Of a stretch of DNA of 64,000 nt, positions 16,565 through 25,005 are shown piece by piece; within the stretch, counting starts at the first letter, position 1; each line of letters starts with the position of its first letter. The position numbers were made by a program, and so were the translations under genes. The notes below the pieces were generated by a model that was not told the origin of the DNA, ran no database searches, and saw nothing but the letters and a program-made list of their open reading frames with translations. The stretch is from an uncultured Oscillospiraceae bacterium (GTDB lineage: Bacteria > Bacillota > Clostridia > Oscillospirales > Oscillospiraceae): assembly GCA_947626265.1 (NCBI GenBank), contig CANQRM010000005.1, positions 46,628-110,627 on the forward strand, given 5' to 3'.

Positions 16565-16898
16565 ACACGACCTCCAGGCGTTGACGCCGGCCCAGCTGCA
16601 AGCCTACCGGGACGAGGGCCTGCTGGAAATTCTGGACCTGCCCCTGGCGGGCCTGGCCTACGTCGTGACGCCAGACTACCCCGGCCGTGTGCTGGAAATG
16701 CGCGTTGACGCCGCCATGTTAAGCCCCTTTTACGGCTCCACATACAGCCTTTACACCTGGATAGACGGGGCGCGGTATTCCCTGGACGTGAAAATGCCCC
16801 GTGGCATGGTGTGGCCCACCCTGGCCCAGGCATTGAAGTATAATCCCGACCATACCCTGCTGCACTTCACCGACGCGCCGCCATATTACATCAAGTAG
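16557..16898 (+). CDS. Hypothetical phage protein
   Basis: ORF 16509-16898 trimmed to ATG 16557 (overlaps the parB stop, GGAGG upstream). 113 aa. Confidence 0.55.
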   Translation: MNKHDLQALTPAQLQAYRDEGLLEILDLPLAGLAYVVTPDYPGRVLEMRVDAAMLSPFYGSTYSLYTWIDGARYSLDVKMPRGMVWPTLAQALKYNPDHTLLHFTDAPPYYIK

Positions 16899-16958
16899 AA
16901 CCCCGGCCCGCGATCCGTCCCCAACAGATCCATTTTTAATAACAGGAGGTATAAACCC

Positions 16959-17273
16959 ATGGCAAAAAGAGGCGAGGGCACCCCGTACATGGTGCAGGCC
17001 GCCATGGCCGGCCCCGACACGGTCCGCCAGGACATCATACAAAAGGCGTTTTTAAGTGTAAGCCTTGATATAAGCAAGGTCATAAATAGCTATTCGTCTT
17101 TTGACTGGCCCATTGTGGCCGCCGCGCTGTCCATAGCCGGCCCCGCCCTCAAGGCGGACCTGAACCCGGAGGGCCAGGAACTTGTGGACGACTTTCTGAC
17201 CGACGCCCAGGCGATCCACTACAAGACCCCGAAACGCGCGGGGGGGGGTAATTCATTCCAGAATGGAGGTTAA
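16959..17273 (+). CDS. Hypothetical phage protein
   Basis: 104-aa ORF with RBS AGGAGGTATAA. Confidence 0.5.
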   Translation: MAKRGEGTPYMVQAAMAGPDTVRQDIIQKAFLSVSLDISKVINSYSSFDWPIVAAALSIAGPALKADLNPEGQELVDDFLTDAQAIHYKTPKRAGGGNSFQNGG

Positions 17274-17276
17274 TCC

Positions 17277-18266
17277 ATGCAACCCGTCCAAATTATATGC
17301 GGCGACGCGGCCACTGTAATATCACGGTTGCCAGAATCGGCCTTTGATATGTGCGTAACATCTCCGCCCTATTACGGACTCCGGGACTATGAAACCCCCG
17401 GCCAAATAGGGCTGGGGACGACGCCGGAGGAGTACATACAGGCGCTTGTTTCCGTTTTCCGTGAAGTACGGCGCGTATTAAGGCCAGACGGGACGCTATG
17501 GGTAAATATTGGGGACAGCTACGCCACCAGCAGCGGCCCCCAGCCGCCCCGCAATACGCGAAATTCCCAGGGGCACACTAGTAAGACCGTCCCGGACGGC
17601 TACAAGCGCAAGGATTTGATAGGCGTCCCCTGGATGCTTGCCTTTGCCCTCCGCGCCGATGGATGGTATTTACGCCAAGATATAATATGGCATAAAACAA
17701 ACGGTATGCCGGAGAGTGTGCGGGACCGCTGCGTAAAAGCCCACGAATATATATTTTTGCTGTCAAAATCCCCGACATACTACTTTGACGCCGAGGCGAT
17801 CAGTGAACCAATAGCGGAAAGCAGCAAGCGGCGGTATATGGAGGATATACAGGCCCAGCAAGGCTCCAGCCGCATACCCGGTAAAACAATGCGGGCGGCG
17901 CTGCCCCGTTTCGGCGGCCAGAAATATGGGGACGACCCCAGCCCAGCCGCCAGAACGAAATCCGGCGGCCTGTATATCCCGACCCTCCGGCGCAACAAAA
18001 GGGACGTGTGGCCCATGGCAACAGCCCATTACAAAGGGGCGCATTTTGCCGTATTCCCCGAAGCCCTGGCCCAGACCTGCATACTTGCCGGCTCCAGGCC
18101 CGGCGGCCGCATAATTGACCCATTCATGGGGAGCGGGACAAGCGGGATCGTGGCCGTCAAGAATAACCGCACGTTTACAGGCGTTGACATAAACCCGGAC
18201 TATTGTACCCTGGCGCAAGACCGTATTTCTGAATACCTGGCGCCCCTGTTTATGACGGCACAGTAA
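17277..18266 (+). CDS. Orphan DNA methyltransferase, N4/N6 family (SPPY catalytic motif)
   Basis: DMCVTSPPYYGLRDY (motif IV, SPPY) near the N-terminus and IIDPFMGSGTSGIVA (motif I, FxGxG) near the C-terminus, i.e. beta-class order. Also DIIWHKTNGMPES and AHFAVFPEAL. No restriction endonuclease gene adjacent. Confidence 0.9.
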   Translation: MQPVQIICGDAATVISRLPESAFDMCVTSPPYYGLRDYETPGQIGLGTTPEEYIQALVSVFREVRRVLRPDGTLWVNIGDSYATSSGPQPPRNTRNSQGHTSKTVPDGYKRKDLIGVPWMLAFALRADGWYLRQDIIWHKTNGMPESVRDRCVKAHEYIFLLSKSPTYYFDAEAISEPIAESSKRRYMEDIQAQQGSSRIPGKTMRAALPRFGGQKYGDDPSPAARTKSGGLYIPTLRRNKRDVWPMATAHYKGAHFAVFPEALAQTCILAGSRPGGRIIDPFMGSGTSGIVAVKNNRTFTGVDINPDYCTLAQDRISEYLAPLFMTAQ

Positions 18267-18400
18267 AACCGCCCCATTTCCCGCCCCATTTCCCGCCCCC
18301 TCTTGACAAACCCCATGTTTACGGCTCAAAATACAGGCAAGGCCCGCCAAAAGGGCCACAAGTTGAAAGGGAGACCGGCGCCGCGCGCGCCGGTCTCGGC

Positions 18401-19206
18401 ATGTCCAAAATGCAAAATGTGGCCTATAACATGGACTGTATGGAGGCCATGCGGAGAATCCCCGACAAGTATTTCACGCTGGCCGTTGTGGACCCGCCCT
18501 ATGGCGGCGGGGGGGGGGTATGACTTCCAGACAGACATCGGCCTCCGGGCTACCCGCCCAGCCTGGGGGCCGCGTGGACGTTTCGGCGGCCGCTTTGACG
18601 GCTACCATAAGGGCGACCCGGACCGGGGGAACCTGGGCCGCGAAGTATCAGACGCACATAGGGGGTATCTTTGACCGGGATATACGATCCTGGGACGTAG
18701 CGCCGCCCCCGGAGTATTTCTCCGAACTGGCGCGCATAAGCGAAAACCAAATTATATGGGGCGGCAATTATTTTGACCTACCGCCCACGCGCTGCTTTTT
18801 AGTCTGGCGCAAGATCAACATACCGGCCGAGGGCTTTTCCATGGCACCCATAGAGTACGCATGGACTAGCTTTTCCGGCAACGCCCTGTATTTTGAGGCC
18901 AGCAGCGCCAGCAGCAGCAAGGAAAAGCGTTTCCACCCCACGCAGAAACCGCCCGCCCTGTATTCCTGGATATACGGCCTTTTTGCCCGGCCGGGCGATA
19001 AAATACTTGATACCCACCTGGGGAGCGGCTCCAGCCGCCTTGCCGCCTACGACGCCGGCCTGGATTTTGTGGGCTTTGAAATTGACAAGGTATATTTTGA
19101 CCTGCAAGAGGCGCGTTTTGAACAGCACGCGGCCCAGGTGTCCATTTTGGACACAATGGGGCCGTCATACTACCAGCAGGAGGCCCTATGGGACGAAACC
19201 GATTGA
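18401..19206 (+). pseudogene. DPPY-type DNA methyltransferase interrupted by frameshift(s) at or after a G10 homopolymer
   Basis: Frame 2 from ATG 18401 reads MSKMQNVAYNMDCMEAMRRIPDKYFTLAVVDPPYGGGGGV*, with the stop at 18521-18523. G10 run at 18509-18518. The remainder (ORF 18520-19206, frame 1) reads ...TGGTWAAKY...WDVAPPPEYFSELARISENQIIWGGNYF...RFHPTQKP...ILDTHLGSGSS. Catalytic motif IV and SAM motif I are therefore in different frames. Confidence 0.75.
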
Positions 19207-19961
19207 AAACCCGCCAGGCCGGCCGCCTTGTCGAGGTTGTTTGCTATACGCAGGCCAGCCCATCCGACCGGCCGGAGGAGCGGGCCGCAAAAAACAAAAT
19301 CAGCAGCGCCGCCCGGCAAAAGCTGAATTTCCGGGCCGCCTGGCGCAAGCTGGAGCTACTGCTGGCGGCCAACTTTTCGTATAGGGACTATTTCGTAACC
19401 CTGACCTATTCCCCGGAAAACCTGCCACAAAACCGGGCCGCCGCCCGGAAATGTATCACAAAGTACATAAAACGCCTCCGTGTCCAATTTGGACACCGGG
19501 GCTTGACCTTGAAATACATCTATAACACCGAGGCCGTCCCGGACCATCCCGGCGCCCCTGGCCGCCTGCACCACCACCTTGTTATCAGCGCCATAGACCC
19601 GGAAACCATCAAGACCCTTTGGGGCCTGGGCCAGGTGAATGTGGAGCCGCTGCTGGACGGCGCAAACGATAGCTATGAGGCCCGCGCCCGGTACATGGTG
19701 AAAGAGCGGGACCCCGGCATGGAGGGCCGCCGGGCCGGGCAAAGGGGCTGGACGCCCTCGTTAAACCTGGAAAAGCCCGTCGAATCGTCCGAACTAGTCC
19801 CCGAATTTGTCACGATCCAGCCCCCACCGGGGGCCTACGTCCTGGAAAAGGCCGCAGACAGCAATTACTATGGCTCTTTCCAGTATCTAAAGTATTTACT
19901 GCCCGAACCCCCGCGAAACAAGGCCAAAAAGCCGCCCGCCAGGCGGCCCAGGCGTCCATAA
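19188..19961 (+). CDS. HUH-superfamily rolling-circle Rep-like protein
   Basis: FVTLTY (motif 1), RLHHHLVISAI (HUH motif 2) and EARARYMVKE (Y-x-x-K, motif 3) occur in the canonical order. 257 aa, basic termini. Confidence 0.65.
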   Translation: MGRNRLKTRQAGRLVEVVCYTQASPSDRPEERAAKNKISSAARQKLNFRAAWRKLELLLAANFSYRDYFVTLTYSPENLPQNRAAARKCITKYIKRLRVQFGHRGLTLKYIYNTEAVPDHPGAPGRLHHHLVISAIDPETIKTLWGLGQVNVEPLLDGANDSYEARARYMVKERDPGMEGRRAGQRGWTPSLNLEKPVESSELVPEFVTIQPPPGAYVLEKAADSNYYGSFQYLKYLLPEPPRNKAKKPPARRPRRP

Positions 19962-20011
19962 GGGCCTTTTTATTTTTGGCTTGGGGCTATGTATAACTTC
20001 TGACTAGGAGG

Positions 20012-20401
20012 GTGAAAATGAGAGGCTACCGCGAAAAAATGGCCGCATATCGGCTCCCCGTTGACCGTCGGCGTGAACTGCGCGCTTTTTGCCAGGTTGC
20101 CGACGCCGCCGGCCTTGCCTTGATCCAGCAGGCCGCCGTGGACGCTTGCGGGGACAGCCTGGCCCCCTGGATTGTGCGCCATGTCACCCTCCCGCAAAAG
20201 GATTGGGACGTGCTGCAATTCGAGGGCATACCGTGCAGCGTTGACACTTTCCGCGTCTACCGCGCCCGGTTTTATGCGATCCTTAACCGGCTCCTGACAA
20301 TGCAGGCCGCAGAAAATACCCCCCAGGGGGGGACCCCGGCGCCGAAAAAGACCCCCCAGGGGGGGCTCCAGCAGGCCACCGGGGCCGCCCCGGCCGAATA
20401 A
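20012..20401 (+). CDS. Hypothetical protein upstream of the packaging genes (possible late regulator or small terminase substitute)
   Basis: 129-aa ORF with RBS GGAGGGTGA. MKMRGYREKMAAYRLPVDRRRELRAFC...GIPCSVDTFRVYRARFYAILNRLL. The suggested role rests on position only. Confidence 0.5.
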   Translation: MKMRGYREKMAAYRLPVDRRRELRAFCQVADAAGLALIQQAAVDACGDSLAPWIVRHVTLPQKDWDVLQFEGIPCSVDTFRVYRARFYAILNRLLTMQAAENTPQGGTPAPKKTPQGGLQQATGAAPAE

Positions 20402-20413
20402 GGGGGCGCCCCC

Positions 20414-20764
20414 ATGGCACAACCGCAAAGGGCAGACCACCAGGGCCAGCACCGAATGGCCTTTGAAAAGAACAAGAAAAAAATCTATGCCACCCAAACC
20501 GTATGCGGGATATGCGGCCAGCCCGTGGACCCTACCCTGAAATATCCAAACCCCATGGCCCGCTGCATAGACCACATCATACCCATAGCACGGGGCGGCC
20601 ATCCGTCCGACCTGTCAAACCTGCAACTGGCGCATTGGACTTGTAACAGGCAAAAGTCCGATCTGATAGCAAAACAGGGGACGCCTCCGCCGCAGGCAAA
20701 AGGGGCAATTTCAAACCGGGTTTTGCCGTTGACGATGGACTGGAAAAAATACCGGCCGAAATGA
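20414..20764 (+). CDS. HNH endonuclease
   Basis: CGICGQPVD...CIDHIIPIARGGHPSDLSNLQLAHWTCNRQK is a canonical HNH (C-x2-C, DH, N, H-x2-CN). Lies next to the packaging genes. Confidence 0.9.
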   Translation: MAQPQRADHQGQHRMAFEKNKKKIYATQTVCGICGQPVDPTLKYPNPMARCIDHIIPIARGGHPSDLSNLQLAHWTCNRQKSDLIAKQGTPPPQAKGAISNRVLPLTMDWKKYRPK

Positions 20765-20844
20765 GGGGGGCATACCCCCCGCCCCCGCCCGCCTCTGACC
20801 TTCCCTGCGTCACTGTACAAAAAAACACACGGAGGTAACAAAAA

Positions 20845-22161
20845 ATGGTAAATCAGACCCCGAAAAGCACGGCGACGGCCTTGCGCGGCGTGGCATATCT
20901 GCGTCGGAAACTGGAAGCAAAGCGGCGGCGCGTCGATAAGCGGTATAAGTTTTACGAAATGAAAAATATACCGCTGGACTTTGGCATATCCACGCCCCCG
21001 GATTTGAAGAACTGGAGCGCCGTCCTGGGCTGGCCCGCAAAGGCCGTGGACGCCCTGGCGGACCGCCTTGTTTTCCGGGAAATCCGCAACGATAATTTTG
21101 ACCTCAACGGAATTTTCAACATGAACAACCCCGACACGTTTTTCGACAGCGCCGTACTGTCCGCGCTGATTGCCTCCTGCTGCTTTGTGTACATATCCCC
21201 GGACGGCGACAATTTCCCCCGGTTGCAGGTCCGCGACGGCGCCGAGGCGACCGGCGTAATTGACCCCATTACCGGGCTGCTGTACGAGGGCTATGCCGTC
21301 CTGGATCGTGCCGACACCGGCGCCGTAAAGCTGGACGCATATTTCCAGCCGTACAAAACGACCTACTACAACGGCGGCGGCCAAATCGTGGCCGAGACCA
21401 CGCACAAAGTCCCTTATCCGCTGCTCGTCCCCATCATCAACCGCCCGGACGCCCGGCGGCCCTTTGGACATAGCCGCATTTCCCGCGCCTGCATGTCCAT
21501 TGTGGAGTCCGCCTTGCGGACCGTCAAACGGTCCGAGATAAGCGCCGAATTTTTCAGCTTTCCGCAGAAGTACGTCACCGGCATTTCGGAGGAGGCGGAC
21601 GTAAAGCTGGACCGCTGGGCGGCGGCCATGTCTACGCTGTTTACTATCACCGCCGGCGAGGACACCAGCGAAAAGCCCACCGTCGGCCAATTTTCCCAGC
21701 AATCCATGGCCCCGCATACGGAACAAATGCGTATGTGGGCCTCCCTGTTTGCAGGGGAAACGGGCTTGACCCTGGACGACCTCGGTTTCCCCAGCGAAAA
21801 CCCCGCCGCGTCGGAGGCCATCAAGGCCGCACACGAAACCCTCCGGCTGACCGCCAAAAAGGCCACGCGATCCTTTGGCTCCGGCTTTCTCAACGTGGGC
21901 TATCTGGCGGCCTGTTTGCGCGACGGCCAGCCCTACCGGCGGGAGCAGCTGTATCTGTCCAAGCCGATATGGGAGCCGGTATTTGAACCCGACGCCGCCG
22001 CGCTGTCCGCCATCGGTGACGGCGTCGGCAAAATCAACCTGGCCGTCCCCGGCTATTTCACCGCTGAACGCCTCCGGGATATAACCGGCATAGACCCCGG
22101 CGCCGCTGCCGGGATTGTCACGGCCCCCAGCGCCGGAAATAGGCCGGAGGGCACCGCATGA
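20845..22161 (+). CDS. Portal protein (SPP1 Gp6-like)
   Basis: 438 aa. The N-terminal pattern RRVDKRYKFYEMKNIP...LGWPAKAVDALADRLVF and the size and position next to the MuF-like and TerL genes fit a portal. Confidence 0.85.
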   Translation: MVNQTPKSTATALRGVAYLRRKLEAKRRRVDKRYKFYEMKNIPLDFGISTPPDLKNWSAVLGWPAKAVDALADRLVFREIRNDNFDLNGIFNMNNPDTFFDSAVLSALIASCCFVYISPDGDNFPRLQVRDGAEATGVIDPITGLLYEGYAVLDRADTGAVKLDAYFQPYKTTYYNGGGQIVAETTHKVPYPLLVPIINRPDARRPFGHSRISRACMSIVESALRTVKRSEISAEFFSFPQKYVTGISEEADVKLDRWAAAMSTLFTITAGEDTSEKPTVGQFSQQSMAPHTEQMRMWASLFAGETGLTLDDLGFPSENPAASEAIKAAHETLRLTAKKATRSFGSGFLNVGYLAACLRDGQPYRREQLYLSKPIWEPVFEPDAAALSAIGDGVGKINLAVPGYFTAERLRDITGIDPGAAAGIVTAPSAGNRPEGTA

Positions 22162-22919
22162 ACGAGACCGACATAACCCCGGAACTGTACGCCCAGATCA
22201 TCGAACTTTTTAACGCCCTTATGGCGGGGGACGCTGACCTGGCGGACCTGCTGGCACTGATTGACGCCGGCGCGGCCACGCACGCCGACGCGCACCGCCT
22301 GGCGTCCATCGTGGGCGCCGACGCCTCCGCCGCTTTGCAGGCCATAATCACCGCTGACGCGCTGCCCGACGGCCGCCTGTATTACAACATAGCCGAGGGC
22401 ACCGTGGCCCCCGTCTTGCAGCGGAGCCATGAAATCGTGTCCACCGCCGCCGGCCAGGTGCAGCAGACCCTCAACGAGCGGGCCAGGATAGGTATAAAGC
22501 CCATCATCCCGGCGCTGAATAACGACCGCGTCCGGGGCCTGCTTTTCAAGCTGTCCGGGGCGGAGGATTTTACGACCGTGTCCTGGCTGCTGGGCGCCCC
22601 CATACAGAACTTTGCCGAGGCCGTTGCGGACGACGTTGTAAGGGAAAACGTGGACTTTCACGCCCGCGCCGGCCTGGCCCCTAAAATCCACCGCAAAGCG
22701 GCCCCCGGCTGCTGCCCCTGGTGTGCGGCCATGGCCGGGTCCTACGACTACCCCAACGTGCCAAAGGATATATACCGCCGCCATGAGCGGTGTAGCTGCA
22801 CCGTTGAATACGACCCGGCCGACACCCTGGGCCGTGTGCAAGACGTTTGGACGAAACGCTGGCACGACCCCGACGCCGGGGCAAAGATCGAATACAGAAA
22901 AACCGTGGGCCTAAAATAG
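22158..22919 (+). CDS. Head morphogenesis protein (SPP1 gp7 / Mu F-like)
   Basis: 253 aa immediately after the portal (4-nt overlap). The C-terminal CCPWCAAMAGSYDYPNVPKDIYRRHERCSCTVEY pattern is typical of MuF-like minor head proteins. Confidence 0.75.
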   Translation: MNETDITPELYAQIIELFNALMAGDADLADLLALIDAGAATHADAHRLASIVGADASAALQAIITADALPDGRLYYNIAEGTVAPVLQRSHEIVSTAAGQVQQTLNERARIGIKPIIPALNNDRVRGLLFKLSGAEDFTTVSWLLGAPIQNFAEAVADDVVRENVDFHARAGLAPKIHRKAAPGCCPWCAAMAGSYDYPNVPKDIYRRHERCSCTVEYDPADTLGRVQDVWTKRWHDPDAGAKIEYRKTVGLK

Positions 22920-22929
22920 AGGCTGCAAT

Positions 22930-24360
22930 ATGGCAAGAAAACAGACCGAAAAAGCAGCGCCCAAAATCGGCCGCCAGCTGCCCACGCGGGCCGTCACGCT
23001 GCCTTATACCTACACCAGCGGCCCGGAGGCCGTGGCCCTGTACAACACCGACGACCGCCGGGCGTTCCCATGGCAGGCGCACCTACTGGACGACCTGCTG
23101 GCCTACAATGACGAGGGCCTATGGGTGCATAGCCGTTTCGGCCTTTGTGTGTCCCGCCGAAACGGAAAAAACGAAGTTGTCGTCATGCTGGAATTGTGGG
23201 CCATAAATAACGGCTACCGCGTACTGCATACGGCCCACCGCAACACGACGGCGCACTCGGCTTTTGAACGCCTTTACGACGCCATGGCCCGCGCCGGGAT
23301 CATGGTATCATCATCCTACCGCGCCCTGGGCCGTGAAACCATATCCTCCGGCCAGGGGCGCGTGGAATTTCGCACCAGGACCGCAAAGGGCGGCCTGGGC
23401 GAGGGCTTTGACTTTCTGATCGTAGACGAGGCCCAGGAATACCAGGACGACCAAGAGAGCGCGTTGAAGTACGTTGTAACCGACTCCGAAAACCCGCTGA
23501 CCCTGCTCCTGGGGACGCCGCCCACGCCCATAAGCAGCGGCACCGTATTTGTCAAGTACCGCACCGCCGTATTGAACGGCAAGGCCGCCAATGCCGGCTG
23601 GGCGGAGTGGGGCGTCGAAACGGAAACCGACCCCCAGGACCGCGCCGCCTGGTATGAAACAAACCCCTCCCTCGGCTTGAAACTGACCGAGCGCGCCGTC
23701 GCCGACGAAATCACCGGCGACATTGTGGATTTTAATATCCAGCGCCTCGGCATGTGGTACACGAACAACCTAAAATCGGCCATATCTGCCCATCTGTGGG
23801 CGTCCGCAAAATGCGACAAGCTGCCCCCGCTGAAAGGCAAAATGTACGTCGGTATCAAATACGGCCACGACGGCGAAAATGTAAGCCTGTCCCTGGCGAT
23901 CCAAACGCCGGGAAATCCCCGGCGCGTTTTCGTGGAGGGCTACGATTGCAGGCCCATATCCGCCGGCACGTCCTGGATCGTGGAATTTCTGGCCGCTGCT
24001 GGCCCCGGCGTCAAGGTGGCCGTCGTGGACGGCCCGGCCTACACCGCGACGCTGTCCAATGCCCTAAAGGCGGAGGGCGTCAAGGTCCGCCTAAAGCTGC
24101 CCAGCGTGGCCCAGATCATAAGCGCCAACGCCAGCTTTGAGCAGGCCCTAGAGGCCGGCCAGCTTTTGCACATGGGCCAGCCGGCCCTGGAACAGATAGC
24201 CACGAACTGCGAAAAGCGGCCCATCGGCCCGCGCGGCGGCTTTGGCTATCAGTCTATACTGGCCGGCGCCGACGTGTCCCTGCTGGATAGTGTGATCCTT
24301 GCCTTTTCGGAGGCCATAAATGACCGCACGGCGGACCGCCGCCAGACTGTGCGCTATTGA
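22930..24360 (+). CDS. terL: Terminase large subunit
   Basis: 476 aa. Walker A-like VSRRNGKNEVV and Walker B FDFLIVDEAQEY, with a C-terminal nuclease-like half. Confidence 0.85.
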   Translation: MARKQTEKAAPKIGRQLPTRAVTLPYTYTSGPEAVALYNTDDRRAFPWQAHLLDDLLAYNDEGLWVHSRFGLCVSRRNGKNEVVVMLELWAINNGYRVLHTAHRNTTAHSAFERLYDAMARAGIMVSSSYRALGRETISSGQGRVEFRTRTAKGGLGEGFDFLIVDEAQEYQDDQESALKYVVTDSENPLTLLLGTPPTPISSGTVFVKYRTAVLNGKAANAGWAEWGVETETDPQDRAAWYETNPSLGLKLTERAVADEITGDIVDFNIQRLGMWYTNNLKSAISAHLWASAKCDKLPPLKGKMYVGIKYGHDGENVSLSLAIQTPGNPRRVFVEGYDCRPISAGTSWIVEFLAAAGPGVKVAVVDGPAYTATLSNALKAEGVKVRLKLPSVAQIISANASFEQALEAGQLLHMGQPALEQIATNCEKRPIGPRGGFGYQSILAGADVSLLDSVILAFSEAINDRTADRRQTVRY

Positions 24361-24383
24361 AAAGCCGAAAACCGCCCCGCTTT

Positions 24384-24424
24384 CCGCCCCGTTTTGCCAG
24401 AAACGAAACGGGGCGGTTTTTTTT
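24384..24424 (+). terminator. Rho-independent terminator after terL
   Basis: CCGCCCCGTTT-tgccagaaacg-AAACGGGGCGG followed by T8. Confidence 0.75.
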
Positions 24425-24498
24425 CTGGAAAAATCCCTTAAAATGGGCCTGTAAGACAAAATTTTCCCCATACCACGGGGCATAGTGGGAGGCTATTC

Positions 24499-25002
24499 AT
24501 GGAAAACAACAACCCCGGCGGCGCCGCTGGCGCCCCCAACACCAACCCCGCACCGGCCGGCGGCGAACCGGCCGCGTTCACCCCCATCCTCACGCAGGCG
24601 GATTTTGACGCCGCTATCGCCCCCCGCCTGGAGCGGGAGCGCCGGACGGCCATCAAGCCGTATTCGGACTATGAGACCATCAAGGCCGACCTGGCGGCCG
24701 CCCGTACTGCCAACGGCTCCCTCCGGGACCAGCTGACGGCGGCCAACGCGAAAATCAAGGGTTACGAGACCGACTCGGCAAAAACGCGAATCGCCCTTGA
24801 AGCCGGGCTCCCTTATGGCATGGCGTCCCGTCTGACCGGCGAAACGGAGGAGGAAATCCTGGCCGACGCAAAGGCGCTGGCCGCTATGCTGGGCGGCACC
24901 GCGCCCTCCAGCACGACCCCGCCCCTGGCTGACACGGAGCCGCCGGCGACGGGCGACAACGAACCGCTCCGCGCATTTTTGAGAAGTCTGAAAGGAGACT
25001 AA
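24499..25002 (+). CDS. Capsid scaffolding protein (DUF4355-like)
   Basis: 167 aa, helical and acidic (TQADFDAAIAPRLERERR...DLAAART...LTAANAKIKGYE), directly upstream of the major capsid gene. Confidence 0.75.
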   Translation: MENNNPGGAAGAPNTNPAPAGGEPAAFTPILTQADFDAAIAPRLERERRTAIKPYSDYETIKADLAAARTANGSLRDQLTAANAKIKGYETDSAKTRIALEAGLPYGMASRLTGETEEEILADAKALAAMLGGTAPSSTTPPLADTEPPATGDNEPLRAFLRSLKGD

Positions 25003-25005
25003 TAA

